Of a DNA stretch of 64,000 bases, positions 61,240 through 64,000 are shown one piece after another. Source of the DNA: a virus. The notes below the pieces were generated by a model. It worked only from the letters and a program-made list of their open reading frames with translations, did not search any database and had not been told where the DNA came from. The stretch's first letter is position 1; each line of letters begins with the position of its first letter. The translations under genes and the position numbers were made by a program. The stretch is from IMG/VR virus record IMGVR_UViG_3300045988_010345. One strand, given 5' to 3'.

Positions 61240-63058
61240 TTTAGTCGTAAATAGCAAATTTAATCCTTTCTCTTTTGAAAGATACATACAGCCATATCAG
61301 ATATATGGACAGGCATATAGAGAGGTAGAAGATACTTTAGGTGAATTAGATACTAAGGCAAGTGTATGGGAAGAAATGGCTAATGAACAGACTGACCCTT
61401 ATGCTTACAAGATGTATAAGAACTATGCAAATGACCTTGAAGAGCAAGCAGGTCAGTTGGCAAGAGAAGGACTCAATGCTGCAAGTAGAAGGGATATGCT
61501 CAATATGAGAGCAAGGTATAGTAAGGAGATAACTCCTATTGAACAAGCCTATGCAGCAAGACAGAAGCAAGCAGAACAACAGCAACAAGCATTATTACAA
61601 GACCCGACATTATTATTAAGTAGAAGAGCTTCAACTACAAGCCTTGATGACTATATAAGGAATCCTCAATTAGCTTATGAAGCATATTCAGGTAAACTAA
61701 TTACTGCACAGGCTGCAAGTGCTGCATCTGCATTATCTAAGCAAATGAGAGAAAACCCAAGAGAATGGAGGAGTATCTTGCATAATTCTTACTATGAAAC
61801 TTTGATGCAGAAAGGATTTAGAGTAGAAGATGTGTTGAAGGCTATACAGGGTAATCCAGAAGCTGCACAAGAACTTACAAGAATTGTTGAAGATGCTATT
61901 AATTCAAGTGGTGTTAGAGACTGGGGAGACCAAGCTACTATTGCAAGGGCTATTGACTATGCTAAGCAAGGTCTATGGAGTGCAGTTGGTGAGACTCAAT
62001 ACCAGACTCTTGATAATTGGAGAGCTAAGATGGCTGAACAAGAAGCTATGCAAAAGAGAGCAGAAAAGAGAGCTGCTGCTGCAAAAGAAGCTGAATCAAA
62101 TAAATATAAAGTTAATCCTTTACCTTTAAGAAGTGAACAGGAAATAGGTGCTAGTAATAAAAAGGTACAAGATTACATCAATAGAGGTTATCTAAAGAGA
62201 ACTAAAGCTGGTCTTACTATAACACAAAGAGGACTGTCTGAACTTAGAGGAGCTAATAGAACACCTATAGTACAGAGTTGGGAATCTTATAAGAGGCAAC
62301 ATCCAGGAGCTACAAAAAGTTCTTATGATACTATGGTAGCAGAGGTTAAGAGTATTGCAAGCAGACCTAGTGAATTTTATCAGTGGTATAATAAGAATAT
62401 AGGTGGATATAATATAAGAACTGGTAAAGTAGCAACACCTACTACTAGATTAAATGCTTATGAACATTCTATAAAACAAGGTTCTTATGATGTATATCAC
62501 TCTACTGAATATGATAGACAATTACCATCAACTTATGGTACAGAATATACTAAGCAAATATGGAGTGCTGCACCTACTAAAGATGGTGAAAAATATTTAC
62601 AAGGAATAGATTTTAATGGTAAGAATGGATGGTCTAACACTAAGAAATATACCAAAGAAGACCTTGAAGATTATGAAGTAACTAATATAAGACATTCAAG
62701 ATGGGGGGATACAGCTATATTACAGTCTAGTAAGTCAGGTAAGAATGATGTTATTAGAGTTAAAATACCTAAAGGTATTAATATAGGTGCAGAAACTAAT
62801 GTAAGAAATGCTATATCAAATGCTGATTATTGGGGAAGTATATTACATAAGAACAGAAGACCTATGATAGATAGAAGTGGTAATATTGCTACTGACACCA
62901 AAGGTAATATTATATATTCTAACTCTCCTTTAACTGAAGCTGATAAGATAGATTTAAAGAGAAAACAAGATGCTGCTTTGCAGGATATTTATGGTTATGG
63001 TTCACAAACTGTAGTACCTTCAGTAACATCTAATGAACAAATAAGTCCTTGGTATTAA
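61226..63058 (+). CDS. virion internal/ejection-type protein candidate (610 aa)
   Basis: ORF track. A/Q/E-rich helical N-terminal half. 14-nt overlap with the upstream gene. Confidence 0.55.
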   Translation: MANFSLVVNSKFNPFSFERYIQPYQIYGQAYREVEDTLGELDTKASVWEEMANEQTDPYAYKMYKNYANDLEEQAGQLAREGLNAASRRDMLNMRARYSKEITPIEQAYAARQKQAEQQQQALLQDPTLLLSRRASTTSLDDYIRNPQLAYEAYSGKLITAQAASAASALSKQMRENPREWRSILHNSYYETLMQKGFRVEDVLKAIQGNPEAAQELTRIVEDAINSSGVRDWGDQATIARAIDYAKQGLWSAVGETQYQTLDNWRAKMAEQEAMQKRAEKRAAAAKEAESNKYKVNPLPLRSEQEIGASNKKVQDYINRGYLKRTKAGLTITQRGLSELRGANRTPIVQSWESYKRQHPGATKSSYDTMVAEVKSIASRPSEFYQWYNKNIGGYNIRTGKVATPTTRLNAYEHSIKQGSYDVYHSTEYDRQLPSTYGTEYTKQIWSAAPTKDGEKYLQGIDFNGKNGWSNTKKYTKEDLEDYEVTNIRHSRWGDTAILQSSKSGKNDVIRVKIPKGINIGAETNVRNAISNADYWGSILHKNRRPMIDRSGNIATDTKGNIIYSNSPLTEADKIDLKRKQDAALQDIYGYGSQTVVPSVTSNEQISPWY

Positions 63059-63059
63059 T

Positions 63060-64000
63060 ATGGCAAATAATAAATCTAAGATAAAAGAAATTGATGTAAC
63101 TAAGACTGGTCCTCAGTCTTATAGAGATTTACAGAAAGCTAATGAGGCAGCATATCAAAGTGCTGCCTCTGAAAGCATGTTTTCTAATATGAAAGCCCCT
63201 CATGGTTATGTACAACCTAGTGATGTTATATATGAAGGCGGAGAGTATTCTCCTTTATATAAACAGAGTAAGGGAGAAGATACTTACGGTAGTAGTATCT
63301 GGGATAAACCCTCAGTAAATGAAGAAGAATATCAAAATTTAGCAGATATAAGAGCTGAGAATCAACCTTGGTATGCACAGATAGGAGCAGGTCTTGCTAA
63401 AGGTGCTATACTTGCAGGTACTACATTTTTAGATGGTACTTTAGGATTATTATTTGGAGCAAGAACTGCAATAAGTGAAGATAGATGGTCTGGTCTTTGG
63501 GATAATGACTTCTCTAAGGCTATGCAGTCTGTTAATGAATGGTCTGAGCAGGCATTACCTAACTATTATACAAGGGAAGAACAAGAGCAGCCTTGGTATG
63601 AAAATATCTTCACTGCTAACTTCTTAGGTGATAAGTTTATCAAGAACTTAGGTTTCACAGTAGGTGCTTTCTATAGTGGTGGTGTTACTGCTGCTGGATT
63701 GAAAGCAACTAAGTTACCCCAACTTATTGGTGCTATTGCTAAGTCTTCAAAGGCTCCAGCAATAGTTAATTCTGCTGTAGGTGCTACTATCTCAGCAGTA
63801 AATGAGGGTAGAGTTGAAGCACTTAACAACAGTAAGGATTGGTTTGAACTTCATAAAGCACAATTAGATGATGAGTATCACCAGAGATTACAGTATATAA
63901 AGAATGCCTATGAAGGTACTGAGGTATATGACCAATTAATAAGAGCAGAACAAGAAAATTATAATCAAGCATTAGGTAGATTAAGTGAGGATAGATTGAA
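63060..64000 (+). CDS. large virion protein, N-terminal part (runs off the window end)
   Basis: Own translation: ATG at 63060 (MANNKSKIKEIDVTKTGPQSYRDL...) stays open to 64000. Gly/Ala-rich hydrophobic stretches (GAGLAKGAILAGTTFLDGTLGLLFG). Not in the track because no stop lies in the window. Confidence 0.6.
   Translation, partial: MANNKSKIKEIDVTKTGPQSYRDLQKANEAAYQSAASESMFSNMKAPHGYVQPSDVIYEGGEYSPLYKQSKGEDTYGSSIWDKPSVNEEEYQNLADIRAENQPWYAQIGAGLAKGAILAGTTFLDGTLGLLFGARTAISEDRWSGLWDNDFSKAMQSVNEWSEQALPNYYTREEQEQPWYENIFTANFLGDKFIKNLGFTVGAFYSGGVTAAGLKATKLPQLIGAIAKSSKAPAIVNSAVGATISAVNEGRVEALNNSKDWFELHKAQLDDEYHQRLQYIKNAYEGTEVYDQLIRAEQENYNQALGRLSEDRL

Noticed and set aside
27048-64000. Stop-codon reassignment (TAG or TGA recoding), which is known in some crAss-like lineages that carry large tRNA sets.
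   Set aside because: All long late ORFs (766, 807, 689, 1551, 847 and 610 aa) are uninterrupted under the standard code. No tRNA with a foldable CTA, TCA or TTA anticodon loop was found.

Overview
The window reads as most of a crAss-like (Crassvirales-type) podophage genome from a Bacteroidales-type host. All calls come from reading the sequence and the ORF track by eye; no database search was possible. The layout has three parts.

1. **Leftward block (1-22820, minus strand).** It holds tightly packed replication and early genes: a JAB/MPN protein, a TOPRIM primase, an SSB-like protein, a P-loop ATPase, a DnaB-like helicase and an SF2 helicase. It also has a GH73 lipoprotein, an SPFH lipoprotein, a phosphoribosyltransferase-fold protein, a Myb/SANT-like protein and many small unknown ORFs. 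Four single tRNA genes and one tRNA fragment are scattered through it.

2. **Divergent non-coding region and accessory island (22821-27033).** This part contains a G+C-rich island, A/T tracts and structured untranslated RNA. A plus-strand array of about 24 tRNA genes follows. The island also carries a small HExxH membrane protein and a Dps/ferritin-like gene.

3. **Rightward late block (27048-64000, plus strand).** It starts with small DNA-binding or chaperone-like proteins, then large terminase, portal, fibre-like protein and a lysis-like membrane cassette. Scaffold, major capsid protein, tandem paralogous head/tail proteins, a 1551-aa tail protein and glycine-rich ejection-type proteins follow.

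At least eight plus-strand promoters match the Bacteroides -33 TTTG / -7 TAnnTTTG consensus. Several late operons end in clear intrinsic terminators. Long late ORFs are uninterrupted, so the standard code applies here. I saw no CRISPR array, integrase, reverse transcriptase or rRNA.

The items most worth follow-up are:
- the JAMM isopeptidase-like gene in the early block
- three aberrant tRNA-like elements
- the Dps-like gene inside the tRNA array
- recurrent intergenic motifs and palindromes on the early strand
- a repeated [FYH]-[AS]-x-G-G peptide motif in virion proteins and a 32-aa micro-ORF
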